Of a DNA stretch of 64,000 nucleotides, positions 1-9,178 are shown in pieces; positions within the stretch are counted from its first letter, which is position 1, and each line of letters begins with the position of its first letter. The notes beneath the pieces are model-generated. The model did not search any database. It worked only from the letters and a program-made list of their open reading frames with translations, and was not told the DNA's origin. Location: contig JBBTUG010000012.1 in the NCBI GenBank assembly GCA_038063895.1, positions 14,165 to 78,164 on the forward strand. The letters are read 5' to 3'. This DNA comes from Patescibacteria group bacterium (GTDB lineage: Bacteria > Patescibacteriota > WWE3 > JAMCXX01 > JBBTUG01). The position numbers were made by a program, and so were the translations under genes.

Positions 1-860
1 CGGTTCATCTTTTTCAAAACTTCATCATCTCCGGATTGGACCGGCAGATGAATTTCCCGGCTGATATTTTCGTTACGGGCGATAACACTTATTAATTCAT
101 CCGAAAAATCCCACGGGTTGGAGGAAATAAAACTGACTTTAGAAAAACCCATCTTCGCAACATCCTCGAGCAAAAAAGGAAAAAGGGTCGGAATCCGGTA
201 TTTGCCAAGATGCTTAACAACAACGGGTTCAACAACTCTTCCACTAAGTTCCAAATTTATCTTCCCTTCATTACTTTTGACTTTAATAAGATCCGCCCCA
301 TACGAATTTACATTTTGCCCCAGTAGGGTAACCTCTTTATAACCGTCCTGAAGAAGTTGGCGGCATTCGGCAATAATCTCTCCGTACGGGCGGGAAACTT
401 CCGGCCCGCGGGTGTACGGAACCACGCAGTAGGTACAATAATTATTACAGCCATTGCTGATCGGAACCCAGGCGTGCAGTTTATCGCTCCGAACCGGCGG
501 CAGATCAAAGCCAACCTCTTCAATCGGAAGAAATTCGTCGACCCTGGGCAGTTTCTTCTTCAGTGCCACTAACATTTTTCCACCTTTGTCCCGCACGGCC
601 AATCCGACAAGACAACCAGTGAGGATAATTTTTTCAGCCCTGGGCTGATCCTCCTTTGGCGGAAACTTAGAAAGGTTATTAATTAATCCGTAGGCACGGT
701 TTTCCGCTGATTGGCGGACCATACAAGTATTAATAATGACGTGATCAGCCTCACCAATACTGGCGGCTTCGGTAAAACCCCGGGCCAGGTAGCGAGCGGC
801 AATCCGTTCGGAGTCGGCAATATTCGCCTGGCAACCGAAAGTCGTAATAAAGTATTTCAT
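1..860 (-). CDS. MiaB/RimO-family tRNA methylthiotransferase, N-terminal ~286 aa; the gene continues past the window start
   Basis: The reverse-complement translation from ATG at 860-858 reads MKYFITTFGCQANIADSE... (MTTase N-terminal domain) and contains CNNYCTYCVVP, a radical-SAM CxxxCxxC motif. The ORF has no stop before position 1. It is absent from the ORF track because it is truncated. Confidence 0.7.
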   Translation of the reverse strand, partial: MKYFITTFGCQANIADSERIAARYLARGFTEAASIGEADHVIINTCMVRQSAENRAYGLINNLSKFPPKEDQPRAEKIILTGCLVGLAVRDKGGKMLVALKKKLPRVDEFLPIEEVGFDLPPVRSDKLHAWVPISNGCNNYCTYCVVPYTRGPEVSRPYGEIIAECRQLLQDGYKEVTLLGQNVNSYGADLIKVKSNEGKINLELSGRVVEPVVVKHLGKYRIPTLFPFLLEDVAKMGFSKVSFISSNPWDFSDELISVIARNENISREIHLPVQSGDDEVLKKMN

Positions 861-865
861 CGCTT

Positions 866-1837
866 TTGATTGTATCACTGAAAGAACCTAGCTACTTTGC
901 TATAATCCAAACAGTGGGCATTGATCTTTCAATAATTATCCTCACCTTTAATAGCAGAGAAATCACGTTAAAAACGTTGAAATCCTTCTACGACGCCATC
1001 GAGGCGGATAAGGACTATTCCTACGAAGTTATTGCCGTGGATAACGCCTCCACTGACGACGTCGCTGATGCAGTCGCCGCGTCCTTCCCAAAAGTAAAAT
1101 TAATCCGTAACTCTGAAAACCTTGGTTTCGCCAAAGGCAACAATATTGGCTTTCGGGAGAGTCAGGGCAAATATATTCTCTTCTCCAACCCCGATATTGA
1201 GATCAACGAAAAAACTCTCCCGACACTTATTAAGTTGATGGACGGCCACCCCGAAGTCGGCGCCTGCACTCCGAAACTGGTTCTTGTTCGCACCGGCGAA
1301 ATTGACTGGGGCGCCCATCGGGGCTTCCCGACGCCCTGGGCGGCAATGACCTATTTCACCGGGTTAGCCAAACTTTGCCGCCACTCGCGGAAACTCTCCA
1401 AAATATTCGGCCAGTATCACCTAAGAGACCAGGACTTAAACCATGAGCATGAGGTGGACGCCATTCGGGGCGGGTTCTTTTTCGTCCGCCGGGATATTTT
1501 TGAAAAGTGCGATCGGTGGGACGAGGATTATTTTATGTACGGCGAAGACTTAGATCTCTCTTACCAGATAAAAAAACAGGGGTTAAAAATTATGTATTAT
1601 CCCCAGTCCGAGGCTATGCATTATCATGGCCTTACCACCGGCTTGAAAAAACATTCCGAGGATCTTTCTCCGGAAAGCCTGAGGGTCCGCCGGCAAACCT
1701 ACAATTATTTCTACGACACAATGAAAATTTTTTACGATAAGAATTACAAAAACAAATATCCGGCTCTTGTCCGCCGTCTGATTTTTTCCGCCATTGATTT
1801 CCGCAAGAACCGTGGAGCCCAAAAACTTAACGTATGA
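866..1837 (+). CDS. family 2 glycosyltransferase
   Basis: Translation shows GT-A fold motifs (LSIIILTFN, DNASTD, DED). The product is 323 aa and ends with TGA at 1835-1837. The true start may be the internal GTG near 914. Confidence 0.75.
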   Translation: MIVSLKEPSYFAIIQTVGIDLSIIILTFNSREITLKTLKSFYDAIEADKDYSYEVIAVDNASTDDVADAVAASFPKVKLIRNSENLGFAKGNNIGFRESQGKYILFSNPDIEINEKTLPTLIKLMDGHPEVGACTPKLVLVRTGEIDWGAHRGFPTPWAAMTYFTGLAKLCRHSRKLSKIFGQYHLRDQDLNHEHEVDAIRGGFFFVRRDIFEKCDRWDEDYFMYGEDLDLSYQIKKQGLKIMYYPQSEAMHYHGLTTGLKKHSEDLSPESLRVRRQTYNYFYDTMKIFYDKNYKNKYPALVRRLIFSAIDFRKNRGAQKLNV

Positions 1838-2250
1838 ACTGGTTAACAGCAGCCCTGGCATCCGCTTTTTTTTGCCGAAGTAACCGCCATCCTCGCGACA
1901 ATCGGGGTCAAAGATGTCAACAGTAATCTCGCCACGGCAATCCGCACCGTAGTTATTCTTGTTTCGCCTGGGGAATTGTTTTCTTCCAGGGAACGCAAAA
2001 ACAGCTCTCCGGCATCTCCCAAACATCGCTTATTTTTCTTATCCTTTCTGCCGTCACCACCGGCCTTTCCTGGCTCTTTTACTTCCGGGCGATTCAGCTG
2101 GGTGGAGCGGCCAAAGTCGCTTCCATCGACAAACTCCGCCTAGTCTTTACGGTAATTTTAGCCGCCCTAATCCTCCGGGAAAAAGTCACGTGGCCGCTCC
2201 TTTTCGGCAGCCTCCTTATTTCCATCGGCGCGATTATCACCACCTTGTAA
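1834..2250 (+). pseudogene. EamA/DMT-family small transporter interrupted by two compensating frameshifts at homopolymers
   Basis: ATG at 1834 overlaps the GT2 stop. It reads MNWLTAALASAFF, then the frame is lost at T8 (1866-1873). A -1 frame reads AEVTAILATIGVKDVNSNLATAIRTVVILV. The original frame is regained near 1961-1964 (FAWGIVFFQGTQKQLSGISQTSLIFLILSAVTTGLSWLFYFRAIQLGGAAKVASIDKLRLVFTVILAALILREKVTWPLLFGSLLISIGAIITTL, stop at 2250). Confidence 0.5.
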
Positions 2251-2297
2251 CGAAACAGCTTAAGAGGAAAGAAGAACAAACGAACCAGTTAGCAAGA

Positions 2298-3590
2298 TCA
2301 ACGGCCGGTGGGCAGATAGGTAAAACCCAATTTACGGACCCTTTCCGGAGAGTAAACATTCTTGGAATCCAGCAGCAATTTTCCTTTCATTAACTTCCGG
2401 ATCTTTGTTAGATCAAGTTTTTTAAAGTGTGGCCACTCGGTAACGACGCACAGCCCGTCAACACCCTTGGCCAGTGAGTAAGGATCGGGAAAATACGCGA
2501 CGGTATCCCCCATCTCCCGGCGGGCATTTTCTTGGGCCATCGGGTCGTGGGCCCGGACCTTGGCGCCGAGTTTCAGCAACTCCCGGATAAAGTTTACAGG
2601 AACCGAACCGCGGATATCGTCGGTATCGGGCCTGGAAGAAAGGCCTAGGACTCCGATCGTTTTTCCCTTCAGTGAACCGAGCGCCTTTTCGGTTTTTTTC
2701 GCGAAACGCTCCGCTCGGTCGTCGTTCAGTTGGTCCAGTTTCCGAAACAGATTATCCCGTTCGCCGACTTTGTCGAAAAGGGCGGCCAGCGCCTTAACGT
2801 CTTTCGGGAAACAATAGCCGCCGTAGCCCATCCCGACCCACCAGTAGTGCAGGCCAATTCTCTTGTCCAGCCCAATGCCCCGGATAATGTCATTAATATC
2901 CGCGCCCATTTTTTCGCAAAGGTTGGCGATCTGGTCAATGAAGCCAATCCGCATTGAAAGATAGGCATTGGCCGTATATTTAATCACTTCGGCGCTGCGG
3001 ACGTTGGTGATAACAATCGGACATTTCAAAGGAGTGTGAAGTTTAACCAAAAGGACCGTGGCTTTTTTCGAGGCGGAACCGATAACGACCCGATTCGGTT
3101 TGGTGGTGTCCTCAACCGCATTACCCTGACGCAGGAATTCCGGGGAGGAAACCACGTCGAATTTCGCGCCCTTCTTTTTGTATTTATTAAGAATGGCTGT
3201 AACCTCGTCCGCGGTTCCCGGCGGGACGGTGCTTTTGTCCACCACGACGGTATAGCCGCTCTTTAAGTTCCGGGCGATCTCCGCAGCGGCCGTATAAACT
3301 TGCGTCAGGTCGGCGCCATTCTTCCCGTCCGGGGTCCCGACGGCGATAAAAACAACATCGGCAAAAGGAACGCACTCCTCGTATTTTGTCGTGGGAATCA
3401 GGCGGCCGGCCTTGACGTTGCGTTTAACAATCGCCGCCAAACCGGGTTCGTGGATGGGAATGATACCTTTTTTCAGCTTTTCGATTTTCCCCGCGTCACG
3501 GCGGACAACCCAAACCGTATTGCCCAGGTCAGCAAACACCGCGCCCGAAGTTAAGCCGACGTAGCCGGCCCCGATCATTGCTATTTTCAC
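2298..3590 (-). CDS. ugd: UDP-glucose 6-dehydrogenase
   Basis: The N-terminus is MKIAMIGAGYVGL (Rossmann fold). The 430-aa product shows the UDP-glucose/GDP-mannose dehydrogenase family pattern across its full length. Confidence 0.85.
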   Translation of the reverse strand: MKIAMIGAGYVGLTSGAVFADLGNTVWVVRRDAGKIEKLKKGIIPIHEPGLAAIVKRNVKAGRLIPTTKYEECVPFADVVFIAVGTPDGKNGADLTQVYTAAAEIARNLKSGYTVVVDKSTVPPGTADEVTAILNKYKKKGAKFDVVSSPEFLRQGNAVEDTTKPNRVVIGSASKKATVLLVKLHTPLKCPIVITNVRSAEVIKYTANAYLSMRIGFIDQIANLCEKMGADINDIIRGIGLDKRIGLHYWWVGMGYGGYCFPKDVKALAALFDKVGERDNLFRKLDQLNDDRAERFAKKTEKALGSLKGKTIGVLGLSSRPDTDDIRGSVPVNFIRELLKLGAKVRAHDPMAQENARREMGDTVAYFPDPYSLAKGVDGLCVVTEWPHFKKLDLTKIRKLMKGKLLLDSKNVYSPERVRKLGFTYLPTGR

Positions 3591-3637
3591 AGTGGGTCTA
3601 GTTTAACGAAGTGTTTTCGCGGATGCAATCGTTTTTT

Positions 3638-4819
3638 TCAAGACGAAACTTCGCGGGTAAAATCAACCCGCAGCGCCCTAACTCCCCGACGGTTTAGAAA
3701 AAGGCATACGGCAACTGCGGCAGACAAAACTAATGCCCCGAGCAAATAAATATGCCGGGTCTGAGAGAGACTGGAAAAGAAAAGCGCGGTTACAACGCCG
3801 ACATTTTCCGCGATCAATACCGACGCCGTCAAATAAGGAAGATATCGGCTTTCGGCAACATCACCAATTAAAGCTCCGATTATGGGCGAACTGCCACCGA
3901 GGGAAAGTAAGATAATCCCCAACAAATACCATGCAAGCGCCGTAGAAAAAAATAAAAGCAACAAGCCGACGCTGCTTGCGGCAAGAAGAATTATCAACAG
4001 CGGCAGCCGCCCTAATTTATCTGAGAGGGATCCGACGTAATAAGTTAACAGCAGAGGCACAATAAAAAACAAAGAGGTTAACGGCCCGACGTAAGAAAAT
4101 CCAAAGTTGTCTTTGATATCAAGCGGGATAAAACCGATGGCTAAACCGAAGGTAAAGTAGGAAGCCAAGAAGACGAAAGCCAGCTTGAGGGCGGTAGGGC
4201 TAGAGATGGTTTTTTTAATTAACAGCAGACTGCCCCCGTTTATTAGCACCTGGGTTTCCTTCAGTCGTAGGAGAAGTAATAATCCAAAAATAGGAAAAGT
4301 CGAAAAAAGCAAAAACGCCAAACTAAACGAGGCCTTTGCGGCGAGAAGTCCGAAAAGTGGTATTCCCAGTGACGTCCCTAAAACCAATAGCGTTCCGAAA
4401 AATCCGACATTTTTCCCGTAAGAGTTTTTAGGACTGATACTGATTAGATAACTGTTCTGCCCGGTCCAAAGGAGCGCCGCCGCGATCCCGAGAAGCGCTG
4501 AAAAAAGGTAAAGAAGCGCCGGAATTTTTAACCCGACGATTAAGATGAACATTCCGTAAACGGCCACGGCGTGGGTCATTGCTTTTTTCGGGCCGACGCG
4601 GGCAACAACCACAGGTGAAATTAAGCTACCCAAAATGAAGAAGAGGTAAATTATACTGAGCGAGAAATAGCCTAAACGGGGGAAGCCTGTAAGGAAAAAG
4701 TAATTAGTGAGATACTGCTGAATACTGTTGTAACCCAAGAAAATAAAAAAGAACCCAAAGCTTAACTTCTTAACGTCTTCGGAAAAATTAAAAAGACCCG
4801 TGATTTTCGACATCATCAC
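3638..4819 (-). CDS. MFS-type membrane transporter
   Basis: The 393-aa product is highly hydrophobic with about 12 predicted TM segments. Confidence 0.5.
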   Translation of the reverse strand: MMMSKITGLFNFSEDVKKLSFGFFFIFLGYNSIQQYLTNYFFLTGFPRLGYFSLSIIYLFFILGSLISPVVVARVGPKKAMTHAVAVYGMFILIVGLKIPALLYLFSALLGIAAALLWTGQNSYLISISPKNSYGKNVGFFGTLLVLGTSLGIPLFGLLAAKASFSLAFLLFSTFPIFGLLLLLRLKETQVLINGGSLLLIKKTISSPTALKLAFVFLASYFTFGLAIGFIPLDIKDNFGFSYVGPLTSLFFIVPLLLTYYVGSLSDKLGRLPLLIILLAASSVGLLLLFFSTALAWYLLGIILLSLGGSSPIIGALIGDVAESRYLPYLTASVLIAENVGVVTALFFSSLSQTRHIYLLGALVLSAAVAVCLFLNRRGVRALRVDFTREVSS

Positions 4820-5082
4820 CGACGGAAGTATTTCTCCCAGAAATTCCTAAAGAGAGGCAGGGTTAAGGTCGACAGGAGAAAACCGAGCGAGGGGACGACA
4901 GCATTAATCCACGGCCGGTCAACAGCAATAGCGCTAAAATATAAACCGATGGAAACGTATGTAAAAATAATCAGTAAAGCCCGCCGTGGAAGACTCGTCT
5001 CCCAAGCTTTATCCGTTTCCACCCTTTTGTTCCTATCCTCAACGGCTGTCAGACGTTTGGCTAATTCTTCCAACGTTTCCAT
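4816..5082 (-). CDS. small membrane protein, hypothetical
   Basis: The 88-aa product has 2 TM segments. It overlaps the downstream MFS gene by ATGA (translational coupling). Confidence 0.35.
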   Translation of the reverse strand: METLEELAKRLTAVEDRNKRVETDKAWETSLPRRALLIIFTYVSIGLYFSAIAVDRPWINAVVPSLGFLLSTLTLPLFRNFWEKYFRR

Positions 5083-5091
5083 AAACTTATT

Positions 5092-6942
5092 TTAAACCTT
5101 GGCTTGGCTTTTTTCCCGGCGGTCGTGAACCCGCCGCTCAATCAGCGACAGATGTCTTTTCCGGGCCCGCAAGTTTTTCGGGGTCACTTCCAGTAATTCA
5201 TCATCACCGATAAAATCCAAATACTGCTCGAGGCTCAGAATCGTCGCAGGAGTCACTTGCGCCCCCACACCCTCTCCGGCGGAGCGGTTGTTGGTCTGTT
5301 GTTTCTCCCGGCAAACATGGACTTCGATATCCAGCGGCCGGGTGGTCACCCCAACCACCATCCCTTCGTAAACTTCCGTGCCGACCCCGACGAACAAAAT
5401 TCCCCGCTCCTGGGCGTTAGCGAGTCCGTAGGCAAGCGTCGTTCCGGGTTTGCTGGCGATAAGGGCTCCGTTGCGGTACGACTCCAGCTTTGGTCCTTTC
5501 TTTTCGTAACCTAAAAAGTAGGAACTTATCTGCACCGTCCCGCGGGTAGCCGTCAAAAGAACGTTGCGGATTCCGAGAAGGTTTTGGCTGGAAATTTTAT
5601 AAACTAGGCGGATCTTATCGCCCCGTTCGGGATGCATATCGAGTAATGCCCCCCGCCTTTTTCCCATCTCCTCGGTGATCACGCCTAAATAGTTATTATC
5701 AACTTCAATCGTCACTTCTTCGTAGGGCTCGCAGACTACACCGTCAACTTCTTTGTAAATTACCTGCGGGCGGGAAACTTCCATCTCGTAACCTTCCCGG
5801 CGCATCGTTTCAATTAAAACCGCCAGATGCAACTCACCGCGGCCGCAAACAATAAAATTGATTCCTCCGGTATTCTCTTCGATCCGCAGACCCAAATTAG
5901 TTTCTTTTTCTTTCAAAAGCCTTTCCTTAATCTGGCGGGACGTGACGAATTGACCTTCCCGGCCAGCAAAGGGGCTGGCGTTGGGGCCGATGGAAATTTT
6001 TATCGTGGGGTCTTCCACTTTTATTTTCGGTAGACTAACGGGGAATTGCGGATCGGTTACGGTTTGACCGATGGTTAATTCCGGAATTCCGGCCACCGTG
6101 GCGATATCTCCCACCCCGACCTCGTCAACCTCCATCCTGGTTAAACCCAACGTGGTGAAAAGCTTTTGGACCCGGTAAGTTCCCAAAATCTTTCCCTCGT
6201 CCACTAGAGCAACCATCTGGTTTTTCTTAAAAATTCCCTGGCTGACTTTGCCGATACACAACCGGCCGACAAAGTTATCGTAATCAAGCGTAGAAATCAG
6301 CATCTGCAGGGGCTTATCCGCTCCGACGTTGGCTATAGGGACTGTTTTAATAATGGTTTCGAAAAGGGGTGTTAAATCGCCGGGAACGCTGGGGTCAAAT
6401 TTCTCCGGCAGCTGCAAAAAAGCTTTTCCCTCCCGGCCGACTGCGTAAAGAGTTTTAAAATCAAGAACTGACGGATCATCCGCCAACTCCAAAAAAAGAC
6501 TTTCCACTTCCTGTAAAACCTCCACCGGCCGCGCGTCCTTTTTATCAATCTTATTGATAATCAAAATAATTTTTAGTTTCGCCTCTAGTGCTTTCTTTAA
6601 AACGAATTTCGTCTGCGGCAGAGGACCTTCAGCGGCGTCAACTAAAAGAATTGCGCCGGAAGCCATATTGATCGTCCGCTCAACCTCACCACCAAAATCA
6701 GCGTGACCGGGCGTATCGATAATATTGATTTTTGTGTCGTGGTAAAAAACGGAGGTATTTTTGGCCAAAATCGTAATCCCCTTTTCCCGCTCCAAATCGT
6801 TGGAGTCCATGATAAGGGTTTCTTTCATCTCTTTTTGGTTGTCACGGAAAGAGTGGGTTTGCTTAAGAAGCTCATCCACTAAAGTGGTCTTACCGTGGTC
6901 AACGTGGGCGATAATGGCGATATTTCGAATGTCCATATTCAA
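5092..6942 (-). CDS. typA: translational GTPase TypA/BipA
   Basis: The N-terminus is MNMDIRNIAIIAHVDHGKTTLVDELL (G1 motif). The 616-aa product has BipA domain architecture. Confidence 0.9.
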   Translation of the reverse strand: MNMDIRNIAIIAHVDHGKTTLVDELLKQTHSFRDNQKEMKETLIMDSNDLEREKGITILAKNTSVFYHDTKINIIDTPGHADFGGEVERTINMASGAILLVDAAEGPLPQTKFVLKKALEAKLKIILIINKIDKKDARPVEVLQEVESLFLELADDPSVLDFKTLYAVGREGKAFLQLPEKFDPSVPGDLTPLFETIIKTVPIANVGADKPLQMLISTLDYDNFVGRLCIGKVSQGIFKKNQMVALVDEGKILGTYRVQKLFTTLGLTRMEVDEVGVGDIATVAGIPELTIGQTVTDPQFPVSLPKIKVEDPTIKISIGPNASPFAGREGQFVTSRQIKERLLKEKETNLGLRIEENTGGINFIVCGRGELHLAVLIETMRREGYEMEVSRPQVIYKEVDGVVCEPYEEVTIEVDNNYLGVITEEMGKRRGALLDMHPERGDKIRLVYKISSQNLLGIRNVLLTATRGTVQISSYFLGYEKKGPKLESYRNGALIASKPGTTLAYGLANAQERGILFVGVGTEVYEGMVVGVTTRPLDIEVHVCREKQQTNNRSAGEGVGAQVTPATILSLEQYLDFIGDDELLEVTPKNLRARKRHLSLIERRVHDRREKSQAKV

Positions 6943-7009
6943 TGAGACCCGTCCGCCTGAGGCGGGCGTTGGTCGAATTAATCCTGAGCAAAGTCGAAGG
7001 AACTTCCGG

Positions 7010-7040
7010 TTATCAAAAAGACGATCCGCCTCAAGCGGAT
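7010..7040 (-). terminator. intrinsic terminator after hicA
   Basis: On the minus strand GATCCGC-UUGAG-GCGGAUC is followed by GUCUUUUUG. Confidence 0.5.
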
Positions 7041-7062
7041 CACCCGACTCTGACCCTACCCT

Positions 7063-7278
7063 TCATTTTAACTGCAAAAATTCTGCCTCACTCGACCCGG
7101 CTTGCTTAATTATTGACCGAAGCAGTCCCCTTTTCAAATCTTTATTATGAATCGGCACGGGAATAATTGATTTTCTGGTCGGGCTATAAAAAATCAGGTG
7201 GCTGCCGGTCTGTCGTTTTTCAATAAACCCCAGCTTTCGAAGAACCTTAACAACCTCTTTTGATTTGAATGCAGCCAT
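7063..7278 (-). CDS. hicA: HicA toxin (mRNA interferase)
   Basis: The 71-aa product shows the HicA pattern: KVLRKLGFIEKRQTGSHLIFY...IPVPIHNKDLKRGLLRSIIKQAG. Confidence 0.75.
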   Translation of the reverse strand: MAAFKSKEVVKVLRKLGFIEKRQTGSHLIFYSPTRKSIIPVPIHNKDLKRGLLRSIIKQAGSSEAEFLQLK

Positions 7279-7280
7279 TC

Positions 7281-7541
7281 TTAAAAAGCCGGTGAGGCGA
7301 TTGATACTTTTGAAATAACCACCCCGGGATTTTCGTAAACAACGTGATTTTTGGTCTCCCGCAAAACTTCCAAGTAACCTCCGATGGCGTCTTTAATCAT
7401 CCGCGACGCTTCCTCAAATGTTTCTCCTTGAGTAACACAACCGGGCAATGAGGGTACACTAACCACGTACCCCCCCATTTCAGCCGGTTCAAACACCGCC
7501 GTATATTCTAATATTTTCTTGGCTAACTTTCTTTTCGCCAT
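7281..7541 (-). CDS. hicB: HicB antitoxin
   Basis: The core is MAKRKL...YTAVFEPAEMGGYVVSVPSLPGCVTQGETFEEASRMIKDAIGGYLEV (HicB/UPF0150). The ORF-track N-terminal extension to 7619 is probably not translated. Confidence 0.7.
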   Translation of the reverse strand: MAKRKLAKKILEYTAVFEPAEMGGYVVSVPSLPGCVTQGETFEEASRMIKDAIGGYLEVLRETKNHVVYENPGVVISKVSIASPAF

Positions 7542-7695
7542 ATTCAAAATATACCTCAGCCACCACCAAATATCAAATCCTCGCGTATTTCCTTTCGACT
7601 TGAACTTCCCAAGTCTCATCAGCCGCTATGCGGAAGGAAGGGACCGGATGCGAGCTTGCATCTCAGCGAGGTTTTATCCTCCAGTCCCCTGTGAA

Positions 7696-8037
7696 CTACC
7701 GTACTCCGATTACTTTGTACCAAGGAGCATCTTGGCTAGGAAATAGCTGCAGAAGTAAATGGAGAAGAACAAGAAAATCATAGTCCTCGTCCCAACCGAA
7801 TACAGCGATTTCGCCGTGATTTCCTTTTTGATGAAGTTCGGTTCGTAGCCTAGCCGCAACATCCGAAGAAGCATAAATGGAACACCGGCAGGTACAATTG
7901 CCAGTTGCCCTGCTTTCCTCAGAACCATCGTCAAGAAGACAGTCATGGCAGATGTCTTCGACGACGGCGAGGTCACAAGAGTTCATCACTCCTCTCACGG
8001 CAGCATCTTCGTCAAATGCCATTCCTATTAGTAACAT
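7696..8037 (-). CDS. hypothetical Cys-rich small protein (113 aa)
   Basis: ATG is preceded by AAAGGAGGG at spacing 4. The product contains CHDC and CTCRC motifs. I recognise no family. Confidence 0.4.
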   Translation of the reverse strand: MLLIGMAFDEDAAVRGVMNSCDLAVVEDICHDCLLDDGSEESRATGNCTCRCSIYASSDVAARLRTELHQKGNHGEIAVFGWDEDYDFLVLLHLLLQLFPSQDAPWYKVIGVR

Positions 8038-8225
8038 CTGCCCTCCTTTTGAGCAGTCCCCAGTTATTATTTGCCGGGGGTTTAAATGTGTTGTGCCAAT
8101 AATAAACGCCGTGCTGAGAAAGTTTGGAGAGAAACTTAGCGCTCACAACCCTTATCACCACGGCCTTTTTCCTCTCTCCAGAAGATTTTCAATTATTGTG
8201 TTCTCCTACTGTGCCCTACCCCTAT

Positions 8226-8255
8226 ATTATACCACAGAAACGTCCTTTTGTCCAA
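8226..8255 (-). promoter_or_regulatory. sigma70-like promoter (TTGGAC-N18-TGgTATAAT, extended -10) driving a ~190-nt leader before the 7696-8037 ORF
   Basis: The sequence is read directly on the minus strand. Confidence 0.4.
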
Positions 8256-8360
8256 TACTCTAGGTTAACTGCAATTTCCGCCATTCAATAAAATCATCTG
8301 TGATCACATACGAAATAATTGACACTAAGTTAAACGGGAATGGAATTATTGGGAAGTCAC

Positions 8361-9158
8361 TTAACAGGAAACGGACTGGAGAGAGTCCGGATTTAATTCC
8401 CGGAGAAAGGAAAGATTCTTTGACTCGCCTAGGGTCTTTAACCTCCCTAGCACAATATCCCTTCCGAGCGGTTCGGATAAACCGAAATAGAAGGTGTTCC
8501 AGTGGACGGCAAGAGTATAAATCTGCGGAAATATTTTAATTATATCCTTCCGGAACTGCAGGTTGGCCTCTTTTTGCTTTTTCGTCGTGGCGCGGTTGAC
8601 CACAACCACCCCGCCCGGGTTTAGATGTTCCCGGCAGGAATCATAAAAATTTGAATGATCACAGTTGTCCGCGAAACAATCCTGCTTAAAAGTATCAACA
8701 ATAATGAGGTCGAACTTCTCGCCCGTCGTAGCAATAAACTCCCCGGCGTCGGCGCAAACTATTTCCAGGTTTTCGTCATTCAGCGAAAAATATTTACGGC
8801 CTAAATCAATAATCACCGGATCAACTTCCACCCCGACAATCCGGCGGGGCGAAAATATTTTGTTATAAAGCTTTGCTGCTGTCCCAACCCCTAAACCCAG
8901 CAAGCAGACTGTATGGAGATTATGACCACCCGGCAGGAAAGCAGGCGCTGCAAGATAATAATCCCAAACCGAACCGGTGATTTTTCCGGTCAAAGACGTG
9001 GCAGATTGGAGGTGCCCCTCTCCGGTTCTCAGCTCAACTCTGTCTCCCGCCTTACGAACATCCACCGGACCAAAAAGCGACTGGCCGGAGAACAAAAGTC
9101 GGGAGTTATCACCCGTTTTCAGTAATTTTCGAAAAGCATCCGACAGCGGTAGTTTCAT
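8361..9158 (-). CDS. spermidine-synthase-like class I SAM-dependent methyltransferase/aminopropyltransferase
   Basis: The core is VCLLGLGVGTAAKL...RIVGVEVDPVIIDLGRKYF. The likely start is MKLPLSDAFRKLL at 9158. The ORF-track N-terminal extension to 9362 is doubtful. Confidence 0.55.
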   Translation of the reverse strand: MKLPLSDAFRKLLKTGDNSRLLFSGQSLFGPVDVRKAGDRVELRTGEGHLQSATSLTGKITGSVWDYYLAAPAFLPGGHNLHTVCLLGLGVGTAAKLYNKIFSPRRIVGVEVDPVIIDLGRKYFSLNDENLEIVCADAGEFIATTGEKFDLIIVDTFKQDCFADNCDHSNFYDSCREHLNPGGVVVVNRATTKKQKEANLQFRKDIIKIFPQIYTLAVHWNTFYFGLSEPLGRDIVLGRLKTLGESKNLSFLRELNPDSLQSVSC

Positions 9159-9178
9159 ATCTCTAGTATAGTAGAGGG

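Noticed and set aside
118-648. Four short ORF-track entries (118-342+, 308-523-, 357-572+, 454-648+)
   Set aside because: All lie inside, and out of frame with, the much longer minus-strand MiaB/RimO-family gene (1-860), which has clear radical-SAM motifs.
1583-2393. ORF-track entries 1583-2026(-) and 1959-2393(+)
   Set aside because: They overlap the GT2 3' end and the EamA-like reading frames. They have no motifs and biased composition. They are better explained as shadow frames.
8038-8225. Possible glycine riboswitch (CUGGAGAGAGG in the leader)
   Set aside because: The second conserved element ACCGAAGGGGCAA is absent, so only a generic structured leader is claimed.
7710-8263. ORFs 7710-7976(-), 7877-8263(+), 7905-8102(+)
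   Set aside because: They are mutually overlapping and have no RBS. Only the 7696-8037 frame has a strong SD and promoter.
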